From positions 34,474,001 through 34,538,000 of the forward strand of contig NC_058368.1 in assembly GCF_018350175.1 (NCBI RefSeq): a stretch of 64,000 nucleotides of DNA. The letters are read 5' to 3'. The notes below the pieces were generated by a model. That model ran no database searches. It saw only the letters and a program-made list of their open reading frames with translations, and was not told the origin of the DNA. The translations under genes and the position numbers were made by a program. How positions within the stretch are numbered: position 1 is the first letter of the stretch; every line of letters starts with the position of its first letter. Origin of the DNA: Felis catus (lineage: Eukaryota). Below are positions 39,139 through 51,015 of the stretch, piece after piece.

Positions 39139-41749
39139 ATGGCTACAAGCCAAAAAATTGTGCTTTCCTGGTAGATTAAACAACCACAAACAAAACAGGA
39201 TGGGGTATTATAATGAGACAAATTTTTCACATGTTACATTGGTAGGTTCAACTGAGTAAAAAGCCATTATGGCCAGTTTTAGTTAATCAGTATTTAAAAG
39301 TAAAACAGTGTTGCTAAAATTTTGTTTTTATCTTAGAAAAGCTGTGTTACAATTAAACCAATGGTGTACTCTCTCAAACAAAGACCCTTTATAAGCCTGG
39401 AATTATGACTCCCCCCTAACCATCCCTTGCTAGAAATCTTAAGCAAAGAGCAGTCTGGAAAAACAAAGACACAACGGACGTGCATGTTTGAACCTCAGAA
39501 ATGCTGAGGGAAGCTGAACAGTAGGACAAGCATTATCAAGTTCTCAGGACAATTTGTCATATCTAGGTATGTTTCTGATCTAGAAGACTTTTTGAGAAAC
39601 TCTTAGAGGCAGTAGAGCATTGGCCTCAACTTAACAGAGCATTGGCATCAACTTAACAGAGTCTGACCTGTAGGGACACTGTGCCTGTTAACTAAAGTGC
39701 CCTAAAATCCTAGATTAAAACAAAATAGCTCTGGTTTTTAATAATGGTGTCATATCTGAAAAACTATAAAATATCCTAGGAATCCTTGTACTCCAGTTTG
39801 TAAATATCTCCTAGACACTGCTTCTCAGATCCAGATGAAACATAAGTATCCTTTCTCAGATCCAGATGAAACTAAAGGACCTAAATTTTAAAGCTAAATG
39901 TATGGGCATGGTTTCATGAACCTAAGACTTTCTGGAGAAAAAGTACATCTATTTGCATGCCTGCACAAGTTCTATATTCACATCTTAACTAATTCTTAGT
40001 GTCTTACAAAATGTGTATGTCTTAAGTAGTGTTTTAATTTTCATGTATTTCTAATGACTATCATGAATTTACAAACATAGTGATAATTTCTATGCATTCA
40101 GGTTGTAATTGCTAAAATACTTATCAGGATAATCTAGAACTGGATAGATTCATATCTTGTTGGTAATTTTAGCAGACTTTTCCAACTCTCCCCGACCCTC
40201 AGCATAAGACTATCTTTCTCTCAATCATTATTCTTTCCTTTTTCTCTTTTCTCCTCTTTCATGCTTCTTGTTGCTACTCTTTGTTTTGCCTAGAATTGTT
40301 TTATTATTGTATGTCACTTCCAATTGAGACTAACTCCTTGAAGACTCTGCTTTTTATGCTTCATGTCAGCCACAATGACCTAACATCGCTTTACATCCAT
40401 ATCTATACAACCTAAGTAGAATTGGAATTGACCATCAGATTCTGTGTATTCAGTTTGTGGGAGCCTGTCACAAATCCCACAAGTAATGTGGCTTGTATTT
40501 CAAGAATTCTGCCAGTCACTAAGCCACAAATGAATCTTCCAGACCCTGCTATTTCTAAAACTGTTTATGAAGAGGCATTGACTATGTCTTGATAATTATA
40601 CATGATTATAAGCTCTTATTTTGAGATAGAAGTATGTGTAATGCTCTATGAATCATTACTATTCATAATAATAAGAATAGCACTACCATCCAATGATACA
40701 ATAGCAATAATAACTTCTGGTTTATTCTTTGCAACTTAAAGTGACTCATTCAATCCTCAGGATAGCTAATAAATACTTGTAAAACATGTGCTAATTTAGT
40801 CTATGAATAAAGTCTGGTATATAAATGTTCAATAATCAAGTAACAATGTTGTGTTCACAAGTTAATGAATAATGAGCTACTGTGAAAAAACTGACTTCAA
40901 ACCTAAGTTTTAAAATTAGGTGTAGAGTTTTTGTGTTTTGTTTTTTGTTTTTTGTTTTTTTTTTTTTTTTACTTTCTCTCATGTAAGAAAGGGCAAAACT
41001 AAAAATTAGTTTCTATACTGAAGTGCAATCCATTAAAAATTGAATTTTCACACTTTGAAATTGCGGACTTAACTGCTGCTGAAAATGGCATTAATATGAT
41101 AATGATATGCTAAATGAGAATCTTTCTTTCCTTGTTTCCTCTAACTTACGTGTATATGTATATGATATTCTTTACTTTTCTCTGCATCTTGTCTAGGCAG
41201 TAGTCCTAAAACCTTTTAAAGATTCAGTGATCCCGTCATTACTATATTGTTCTAAACACATTGGCAACCTGAGTCAAGACCTCATCTCCCATACATTCTC
41301 TGAGTCTTTGGCAGAGTGAAAGACTAACAAGACATTGTCAAGAAGCTTACTGTGAGGAGGGAGAGAGAGCAATGTAAAACCACTTGGAAACACAGTATAC
41401 TTGAATTCTGTCCCTCAAAGAGGACCTCATGTATAACTTCCTGGAACACTCTGTAACAGCTCTTCCCTTTCTTCTCGAGATCTTTACACCCGAAACTACT
41501 CAGGGGCACTCAATTTCCAGACACGGACTCCTTGTCCTCTGTCTTTGCTCCCCCACGCTTTCCATTCTTTGTTCTTTAAATTGACCCAGCTGCTCTCTTA
41601 GAAATGAGTAGACCTCCTTAAGGAAATAAAAGTGTAGAGAAAATTACTGGACAAATACAGACTCGTCTTTGGCAGATGGGATGAAGAAAAAGGCGGGCAA
41701 TTTTTACATGAATGATATTGCCCTGTCACTCATGAATAACTCCAATACA

Positions 41750-42172
41750 ATGGCCACCAAGAGTGAGAGCTCTGAGGCTTGGAATGCCTGGATTCAAACA
41801 GCCATTTGCCCAATTACTGTTTGAATGCCAACACACAAATGTCGTAATATGATTTCTTTACAAATAGATACATCTATTTGAATATGTATATATAAACACA
41901 TAGGTTATATGTTATAAATGAATGTAGTATTTGAATAAAATGGGTGAATAAAACATAAGTGCAATAAATATAGTGAATATAGTGATATATGCATATATGT
42001 ATATATCAATATATGTCATATAATAACTAGTATAATGAACCTTACAAGAATATCTAACTCATAGGCTTATTGTACAAGTAGATAAGTAATTATACATTCA
42101 ATCCCTAGTACATTGTTGATCACATGATAACTGCTCAATAAAAATTTGCTATCATTTTTATTATTATTATTA
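41750..42172 (+). mobile_element. MIR remnant split by an AT-rich expansion
   Basis: gagtgagagctctgagg...tgcctggattcaaa at the 5' side; ctaactcataggcttattgtacaag...ctgctcaataaaaatttgctatcatt at the 3' side. Confidence 0.6.
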
Positions 42173-42779
42173 TCCTGGATTAGTTCCTGAATTTATTTTC
42201 TAACTGGCTAACAAATACACTGTTAAAAATCATTCCTTTGCCTGGATAGTCCTTTCTTAATGAATTTGATGGCTACCTAATATAACACTTACACTGACAA
42301 CTTTATTCAAACTAGGCAGCTTTTCAGTTAGCTTCTGTTGGCCAAATATGTATGGCTATATTTGATAGGGAAAGTCTGCTATTTCCATGATGAGATGTAT
42401 AAAATATTATTACATCTGTAAATTACAAAACCAAAAAATGAATATATTAATTGTTTTTAACCCCAACTACAAAGTAGAGTTAAAAGGGAATTTAAAAAAA
42501 AATACATTCAACCGGGCCCTATCACCAGATAGTTTGCCTCAGTAAGTCAAACCTGGGCACTTGTATTTTTTCCCTCCATAGATATTGTCAATATACAACC
42601 CTGGTTTAAGAAATCCCTGGGTATACATGATGATATCATAGAATCTAAGTTCTGAAAGTGATTTTGTGAGCTATGGAATCCAGATAACTCTGTAACACAG
42701 ACTCATTCAGCATATGCTCAAGCAACTCTGATACAGCCTACTCTCTAAATAACTATGGCAGTTAGGAAAAAAAAATATA

Positions 42780-44185
42780 TTGCTTTTTCACAAGTTGGTC
42801 TTGCAAATATTTAACACAATTAACAGTTCTGTTCTGCCTACCAGACTTTTTTTCACAAGGCTAAGCATCCCAAACTCCTTCTAGTTTCTCTTACCCAGGT
42901 AGTCCTTTTCCTTTTTCAGTTTGGCTCTCAGGACTGAACACTGAGTAAGGTACGACTGTCATTCTATGTATCCTTTGTCTACTAAATTAGTCCAAGGATA
43001 TATTACTTTTAAGATGCCTACAGCCCTATTTTATAATCCATACATTCTGCTGCTAAGTAACATAGCTACTATATTAGTTATCTATCACTGCATATTGAAT
43101 TACCCTCAAAACTAAGCAGGAAAAACCAACAGCATACACTATAAATGACATTACAAAATGACAAAATATTTATTATATCGTACAGTTTCTGAAGGTCAGG
43201 TATCCAGTAGTGGCTAATCTGAATGATTTTATGTCAGGGCCTCTCAGGAGGCTGTGGTATGCTTTGGGCTGAAGCAACGATTTCCCCCTGACTATTGGCC
43301 AGTGGCTTTAATTCCCTGTTATGTGGGCCTTTCCACAGGGCTGCCAGCACATGATTCAAGATAGAACCAACACCCAAGACAAAAGCTACAATCCTTTTAA
43401 AATTCTCTATTGTATTCATTTGAGGCAAGCCATCAAGTCCAGCCAACACTCAAGAGGAGGAGGGTTAAGCCCTACTTTGATGAAAGAATTTGTGCTGATA
43501 ATTTTAAACCCACCACAGCAAGGATCCTGAATTGATACAATTGCTTTTTTGTACACAGCTAAAGTACTTCATTACTCTTTTACATGTATTTTTACAAGGT
43601 TATTGAGACCTTTTTTGACTTACATCCGAATGCATTCCCTTTCCTTAACAAAATCATGTTACTTGCATATTTGATAATCGCACATTGTATATATTCATCC
43701 AAGCTATAAATGAAGTTCTTGAGACAAATCTAAGCATGACACTATGACATGGTAATAAACCAGCCCTCCCAGATGACAGTAATTCATAGTGCAAGATGCA
43801 CTATCATTTACAAGCTTATCTCACATAATCACATTATCTTCACCTTCAAAAGAATATCATGTAGCACTCTGTTAAAGCATTGCTCAGATCTACAAAGAAT
43901 ATGTTCACCAGATTTTCCCTCAGCTCTGGTCCAGCAAGATGATAAAAGGAGGGGGGTGGACTCTTTTTCCTTAATAAATGAATCATTGTGTTTTGTCATA
44001 AACACATTTATGGCAATTGATTCTGAAATGCACCTTCATATCTGATCAGTTGCAACTTTCTGGCATCTCTCCCATTTTCCATGACTCCTCAGACACCCTC
44101 AAGCTAGTTATGGATTATTTTGCAATTCTCTTTAAAAACTGAAAGAACATCTGAAGGAGACTTGGTCTATTCAAAGACAATGAGT
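42780..44185 (-). mobile_element. CR1/L3 LINE relic (ORF2 RT and C-terminal region), interrupted by an MLT1 LTR
   Basis: Minus-strand translation NFIYSLDEYIQCAIIKYASN (43717-43658) resembles CR1 RT NIFINDLDEGIECTLSKFADD; KEFGMLSLVKKSLVG (about 42880-42836) resembles CR1 KELGLFSLEKRRLRG. Boundaries approximate. Confidence 0.72.
43070..43517. mobile_element. MLT1-type MaLR solo LTR
   Basis: tatattagttatctatcactgcatattgaattaccctcaaaactaag...tttattatatcgtacagtttctgaaggtcagg; ends ttttaaacccaccaca. Confidence 0.82.
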
Positions 44186-44194
44186 CTAATTTTT

Positions 44195-44413
44195 TTTTAA
44201 TTTTTTTTTTAACGTTTATTTATTTTTGAGACAGAGAGAGACAGAGCATGAACAGGGGAGGAGCAGAGAGAGAGGGAGACACAGAATCTGAAACAGGCTC
44301 CAGGCTCTGAGCTGTCAGCACAGAGCCCGACGCGGGGCTCGAACTCACGGACCGTGAGATCATGACCTGAGCCGAAGTCGGACGCTTAACCGACCAAGCC
44401 ACCCAGGCGCCCC
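44195..44413 (-). mobile_element. Can-SINE (SINEC_Fc-type), CpG-intact
   Basis: TSD gagtctaattttt at 44182-44194 and 44414-44426. Confidence 0.97.
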
Positions 44414-45479
44414 GAGTCTAATTTTTAAAGTATTATGTGTTTGCATGTTTTTGGCAGTTTTTGCATAGTCTCTCTTAAATTTACTCTTCCACTTGTAAGA
44501 ATATTTCTTGTCTCCTAATCATTATCAAGTGATGAGTTATCACGTGGAAGCCAAACTAGCACAGACTTGAAAAAAGTAAAAATATGGCTGTGTATTATCA
44601 GAACATCAAATCAAATAGAATGTCTTATCAGACTTATAATAAGGAAATTTCTTTGCTGAGAAAAACCTATAAAAAGACTTCCAGCTTCCAGAAGTAAAGG
44701 CTTCCTAGGAGTCTTAGGGGTAAGACAGTCAACACAAAATCCAGTCTGATTTGAAAAATCTGTTAGATTCCACTTCTCTAAGACTCAAGCTCTAATTCCC
44801 CAAAGTAAAACCTGAAGTCTAGCTTCCAAGAAAAAGCTTTCTACAAAGATTTTATAAATATATTTTTATTGAAATGAATTCACATCTTCTCACTACCTAG
44901 GCATATGTATAACAAATGACATCATTCTATAGGTAGTTTCAAGGCCCTTTTGATGTTTTTCCTCTGAGGGTTCATCTCATGATATTATTTTTATTTTTAT
45001 AGATCTTGTGTATACTAATATGCGTAGCACCCCGCAATCCAAATTTGTTATCTCTCCCTGGGACTAGGTATTCTTACTAGCTTGGTGCCAGAATAAAGCT
45101 CTAAATCATCCACAGTAATATTCAGCAATCATGTACAAAAGAACACTGACCAAACAAAAAAACCAAGATCACGTGAATCCAATAAAACAAAATGAGAGTT
45201 ATGCTCTCATCCCTAAATGTACTGCAAGGCATTCTAAGATAGAAAAGAGAATTCGTATTGTACTCTTGAGGCAGATTTGAGACACCCAGTACAGATACTC
45301 AATTTTTCTGACACACTTTAACAACTGTAATCTTTAGCTTCATTAGTTAAAAATTAGATGATATACAGTAGCAAAAATTGAAAAAGATTTCTTCTTTGAG
45401 CTAGAGAGTTCATATTACATACATGTCTTTCCTACGTACTTTTTTGCAATCTGTCTACAATTCTAACAAATTTGTGTAG

Positions 45480-46075
45480 AGTTAGTGCTGTTCTTGGACC
45501 AGGCACCATGGTTTTGGAAAAATCCCAGACAAGAAACCTGACTGAATAGAAACATACTATTAAAATTGCCCAGGAAATAGTTTTCACAGAAGAACCTTAA
45601 TGGATATCATAAAAGGCTAATGATAATGCAACACTGACTATTCCGATAGAGATGCACTATTTCCTGGGAAGAAAATATATTTGCTAAAATATCCCTTGGA
45701 AATTACACTCACAATATCAACCACTTAAAAACAAAAATGAAGAACAAAAACAAAAACAAAAACAAAAAAAAAAAAACCAGGAAACGGGGCATTTAACCTG
45801 CAAGAAAAACTTTTCTGAGAAAGAGTTGTGAGTTTTTTTATAATGTATATGAAGTCAAGAATCAAGGAAATAATTTGTTGTTTTTATGTCTGAGAATTCA
45901 AATTTGAATACAGGGTTATAGAGAAAGGAAAAGTTTACTCATACAAGAAATTTTCAGTACTGTATGAATTATGCCTTTCAAGTGCTCACATATAACATCC
46001 TATGGTTGTTTATGAATTATTTTCTTTCTCATTTTCTCTTTCTCATCGCAGGTTCTCAAGCACAGAGAAGGTAGT
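45480..46075 (+). mobile_element. Possible CR1/L3 3' remnant
   Basis: gaaacggggcatttaacctgcaagaaaa and tcatcgcaggttctcaagcacagag weakly resemble L3 3' motifs; very diverged. Confidence 0.3.
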
Positions 46076-46330
46076 GTTCAGCATTTTGTGCTTATGACTG
46101 TGGTTGGCAAATAATAGGTGTCAGTGAACATATTTATCAAGCAAATGAGTGATGAAAATCATCTTACCTACACAAAACAACCAATGTATGAAGAGTACTT
46201 ATTTAGTGCAGTGGGATAAATTATTGGATATTTTTTATTTCCAACAAATGTATTTTCAATTTATTTTCAGTAGCTGGCTTAAAGGTGCTTTTCATGAAGA
46301 CACCAAAAGTGCAGAAAATGTGACATGCAG

Positions 46331-46522
46331 GGGGTGCCTGGGTGGCTCAGTCAGTTAAGGGTCTGACTTTGGCTCAGGTCATGATCTCACAGTTCGTGAG
46401 TTTGAGCCCTGAATCGGGCACTGTGATGACCCTTCAGGGCCTGGAGCCTGCTTTGGAATCTGTATCTCCCTCCCTCTCTCTCTCTCTCAAAAATGAGTAA
46501 GTGTTAAAAAAAAATTTTTTTT
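46331..46522 (+). mobile_element. Can-SINE
   Basis: Head ggggtgcctgggtggctcag; TSD aaatgtgacatgcag at 46316-46330 and 46523-46537. Confidence 0.96.
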
Positions 46523-47040
46523 AAATGTGACATGCAGGTAAAAGTGAAATTGATATTTTGAGAAAATATAGACAAAAGAGATTACAAATGGAAAAAACAG
46601 AACGATTTTTCACAAAGAAGCTAATGAATCACCTGAATTTTATGCAGACATTTAGTAAAATCATATGTTATTAGTAGTCATGTTAATTTGAGATGCTGTT
46701 ACTTATCAGTTCTGAGGATTCTACATATCCAGGTCACATCCAAAAGACCGACTGTCCCAAGGGTAACTACTATCAAGGTAGAGAGGAGAGAAATATTTGG
46801 GAGAGAGCTTGGAGGTTAGACAAAACATCAACATAGAACCTTTGTCTTTGTGACCTGGCAAAGATTTTTTTTTTTTTTTTTTTTTTTTGCTAGATAGGCA
46901 GGTCTAAGGTCTAGTACCATATTTTCCTCCCAAATAATATGGAGATGACATCTCTTTCATAAATATAGAAAAGACTGATTCCTTCTTGTTTGATAGCCCT
47001 ATAGAAAGATAGAAAGAGAATTTCATGATATATTCTAAGG

Positions 47041-47244
47041 CAATGGTTCTCAACTAAGGTTGATTTTGCCCCCTAAAGGGGGATTTGGCAATATTAGGAG
47101 ACATTTTTTATTATCATAACTGGGGTGATCAAGGTAGAAGCCAAAAATGCTGATAAATATTTTACAATGCACAGGACAGGCCCTTCTCCCAAAAGCAAAG
47201 TATCTGGCCCAATATGCCCATAGTGCTAATGTCGAGAAAATATG
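47041..47244. mobile_element. MER20 hAT-Charlie MITE
   Basis: caatggttctcaactaaggttgattttgccccc...ttacaatgcacaggacagg...tatctggcccaatatgcccatagtgctaatgtcgagaaa matches the recalled MER20 consensus. Confidence 0.85.
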
Positions 47245-47302
47245 TTGAAAGGTAAATGTCTAAATATAGCTGATTATGTAAATTACATAGCACCCAACAG
47301 CT

Positions 47303-47781
47303 ATTATTATTAATATAAACCTACAAATAATAATTTAAATAATATTAATAATTTACAATAATAATTATATTATATATAATTGTATAATTATTATAAATAA
47401 TAAATAAATATTTATTTATATAATTATTTAATTACTATATGAAAATATATAATTGTTACAAATAAATATAAATCAATAATAAATATTATAAATAAATACA
47501 CAATAATTATACATAATAATATATAATAAATAAATATAATTTATGTAATAAATTATAAATATATATAATTATTTATAAATAAATAAATATATAGTTATAT
47601 TTAATTATTATAAATTATATAATTTATATATAAATAATAAATTATTTATAAATAGATATATAATTATTATACATAATTATGTATACTACATGTATTATTA
47701 AATGCATACATACATACATGTATGTATTATACATAATTATGTGTAATAATTATATATTTATAATAATAAATTAAATAATAT
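47303..47781. repeat. Extremely AT-rich low-complexity tract
   Basis: About 480 bp almost entirely of TA/TAA/TAAA/ATT units with few G/C. Confidence 0.95.
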
Positions 47782-47867
47782 CTGCATATAGAACATAGCT
47801 GCTTCCCTAATCTAAGTGGTTTGAATCAAACTAGTTAAATCAATTGCTCTATGGAGACATGGCTTTA

Positions 47868-48097
47868 TTTATTTATTTTTAAAAAAAATTTTTTAACGTT
47901 TTATTTATTTTTGAGACAGAGAGAGACAGAGCATGAACGGGGGAAGGGCAGAGAGAGAGGGAGACACAGAATGGAAGCAGGCTCCAGGCTCTGAGCCATC
48001 AGCCCAGAGCCCGACGCTGGGCTCAAACTCACGGACCGCGAGATCGTGACCTGAGCTGAAGTCGGACGCTTAACCGACTGAGCCACCCAGGTGCCCA
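47868..48097 (-). mobile_element. Felid Can-SINE (SINEC_Fc)
   Basis: TSD gagacatggcttta at 47854-47867 and 48098-48111. Confidence 0.97.
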
Positions 48098-48884
48098 GAG
48101 ACATGGCTTTAAAGGTGGTGTCACTATACCTAGAGCTGCATACATGTTAAATTGTCATCCTGCCAGTGTCTTCTTTTGAAAATAAAACAAAAATCTGTTT
48201 TTGGTTCTCTGCCAGCAATATAATCTTGATTAAACTAGCAGCTTTTTTTTTCTCTTCAAAATAAGACTGAATGTTTCTAAGCAGTCGAGAATGAATCACC
48301 TTAGGGATTAGTCATGAAAAAAAAATACATATTATAAGCTCTTTAAAGTTAAAGAGTAGTGTTAAATATATAGCAACGTGCAGTTCCACCCACCTTGTTG
48401 TTAGTAAAGATAGAAAGACGTTTAAAAAGCATGAGGTAATAAACACCACCTGCTTTTAAAGTACAGGGATCCTGACATTTGCATTTCTGTTTGTATTTAA
48501 AGTCTGATATTCACATCGAATTATGTTGGTATCTGAAAACAGATTCACTTTTAATGTAATGTAGCAGCAGCAAAAATGTGAATAAATTGGATATTACCTA
48601 TATATTTTCATACACCTCACAATGACAGAATTATGGCTGATTTTTAAACATTAAATTTTCAATAGCTAATAAATATTTTAATGTAATAAATTAGCAAGCA
48701 CCAACTTTTAAAAAGCTTACTGTAGACAGGAAACTCAGATCATTATGAATGATGATTTATAAAATAAAAATTAAGTATAATATGTACTTTTAATTTGTTT
48801 TCTTCACTTGAAAAATGCCATGAATATTTGCCCCTCTCTTACTCTCTCTCTACCTCTCACACCCACCACATACACATAAGGATG

Positions 48885-49255
48885 CAGTGCTGCATGGTTT
48901 CATTCCACTAATGGATACAATAATTTATTGAACTAGTCCCTATTATTGGACATTTTTGTTGTTTCCAATATTTTTGCCCAGATATACAGCTTCAAATAAC
49001 ACCTGTCTCTCTGTGTATCTATCTACCTATCTATAAAACCTTTATGCTTTTTTTTTCTTTTATATGTTTTCTTGAAAATTTCTTTAGGATAAATTCCTAA
49101 AAGTACACAGCTGAATCAAAGGAAAATGTTTTTAAAGATTTCTGGAAGACAGTGCCAAATCGCCCTCCTGAAATGTTAACTTCCTGAATGTTTTTATATT
49201 TCTATGTTTAATCTGTGAGAGAACCCACTCTTCCTTATCATCATCAAGATACATA
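48885..49255 (-). mobile_element. Old L1 (L1ME-like) fragment
   Basis: atacaataatttattgaactagtccctattattggacatttttgttgtttccaatattttt and tttctttaggataaattcctaaaagt are antisense L1 ORF2-end motifs. Confidence 0.72.
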
Positions 49256-49321
49256 TGATTTTCATATTTCAGCTAAAGGATCATATGATGTTATTATCAT
49301 ATATTTAGAATCTCTTGACTC

Positions 49322-49533
49322 GCGCGCCTGGGTGGCTCAGTCCATTAAGTGTCCCAACTCTTGATTTCGGCTCAGGTCACAATTTCCCAGTTCAGGGGGT
49401 ATCTGGCTCTGTGCTGACAGTGTGGAGCCTACTTGAGAATTTCTTTCTTTCTCTCTCTTCCCCTCCTGAGCAAGCTCTCTCTCTCTCACTCTCTCCCTCC
49501 CCCTCAAAATAAATACCCTTTAAAAAATAGAAA
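49322..49533 (+). mobile_element. Can-SINE (older, internally deleted)
   Basis: gcgcgcctgggtggctcagtcc...tcttgatttcggctcaggtc; imperfect TSD agaatctc(tt/g)gactc. Confidence 0.9.
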
Positions 49534-50062
49534 AGAATCTCGGACTCTAAATACACTTAAAGTTTTTTACTCAAATGAAGAATAAAATTATGTGTGTATC
49601 TCCCACTATATGCTTAAATTCAATGAAAGAAAGAACTATGGCTTTCAAAGGACATGACCTTGACAACTCTATCATCCTTCAGGTTTCTCTGCTTTTTTTT
49701 AAGTAATGCTTTCTTTTGTCTCATTCACTTGTTTTGTCTAAAGGTCTTAAGTGACAGTGTTCACACATATCAATGGACAGATGCACTACATATAAAATAA
49801 AATATCTAAAGACATGGTTCTATCTTCCAATGAAGATGATTAATAAATAATAAAAATAAAAGGACACTATTTTCTGATATCAAAATTATGCCTTTCATTT
49901 GGAAGGAGGTGAAATGCAACTGGCATTTATCTGAATAGATAGCCAATGAAAAGTAAAAGAAGAATTTATAAAAAATATATATAAAGGCCAGAAGAAACAA
50001 GACTAAGTACACATTTCTATTGATAAATTCAAATATACTCCACATTAAAAGAAGACTGCACA

Positions 50063-50218
50063 GGGCCGCCTGGGTGGCTCAGTTAGCTGAGCATCTGACT
50101 TCAGCTCAGGTCATGATTTCACAGTTTGATTCGTGAGTTCAAGTCCCGCATCTGGCTCACTGCTGCCAGTGCAGAGCCTGCTTAGGATACTCTATCCACC
50201 CCCTCGCCCCCTCCCCCA

Positions 50219-50263
<45 letters not shown>

Positions 50264-50303
50264 ACTCTCTCTCTCTGTCTCTCAAATAAATGAACATTAA
50301 AAC
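50063..50303 (+). mobile_element. Can-SINE (older subfamily) with long (CT)n
   Basis: Head gggccgcctgggtggctcag; TSD aaagaagactgc. Confidence 0.93.
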
Positions 50304-50721
50304 AAAGAAGACTGCCTATATATATATAATATATACATATTATATATATATGTATTAACAAATGAAACTTTTCATTTCTTCATTGTTTCACATGTAGCAA
50401 CCATAAAGAAGTCATGTTTATGGATGCTAAGATTTTTCAGCAATCCGAATTCTTAATTTTCCTAAATCCCACTAATTTAATAATATCTGAATCCTCCACG
50501 GGGCTAATTTACTGAATAGACTACAGCATTTTTATTGTTGAGCAGTTGTTCCAACATTGTTTCAAATACACAACAATCTTCTAACACAGGTTGCCAAGCT
50601 TTTCTCATTTTATCCATCTCAGTAGATTTCTGCAATTTTAACAAATCTCTAAGAATATTAAGTACTCATTGTTTTCAGTAAGACTGTGGAGCTACATCTG
50701 TATCATTTTAACCAGACATAA

Positions 50722-50950
50722 TCATAATCATCACATTTATACTCTGCTTTACAATTAATAACGTGATTGCCTATACTTTAATTCACTGAATCGCCAAAAC
50801 AGCCATGGGAGGCAAGTTTCTTGCTCTACTACATTTTTCCTTACATAGAGAAAGTAAGGCTAAAGAGGTGAAATTAGTTATCCAAATCCACATAGTCATT
50901 AGGTTCAGCATCATACACGATTTCCTGCTTAAATAAATCTCATTCCATCC
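50722..50950 (-). mobile_element. MIR remnant
   Basis: cacatttatactctgctttacaatt...ttacatagagaaagtaaggctaaagaggtgaaattagttatccaaatccacatag. Confidence 0.72.
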
Positions 50951-50971
50951 ACTTCACTTCTGTGTTTTTGT

Positions 50972-51015
50972 AAAAAAAAAACAAAAACAAAAACAAAAAC
51001 AAAAACAAAAACAAA
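50972..51015. repeat. (AAAAAC)n microsatellite
   Basis: aaaaaaaaaacaaaaacaaaaacaaaaacaaaaacaaaaacaaa. Confidence 0.9.

Noticed and set aside
46020..46076. Pyrimidine tract, AG and 19-nt mini-exon on the plus strand
   Set aside because: Donor (gtagtg) is weak and the segment resembles a decayed L3 3' end.
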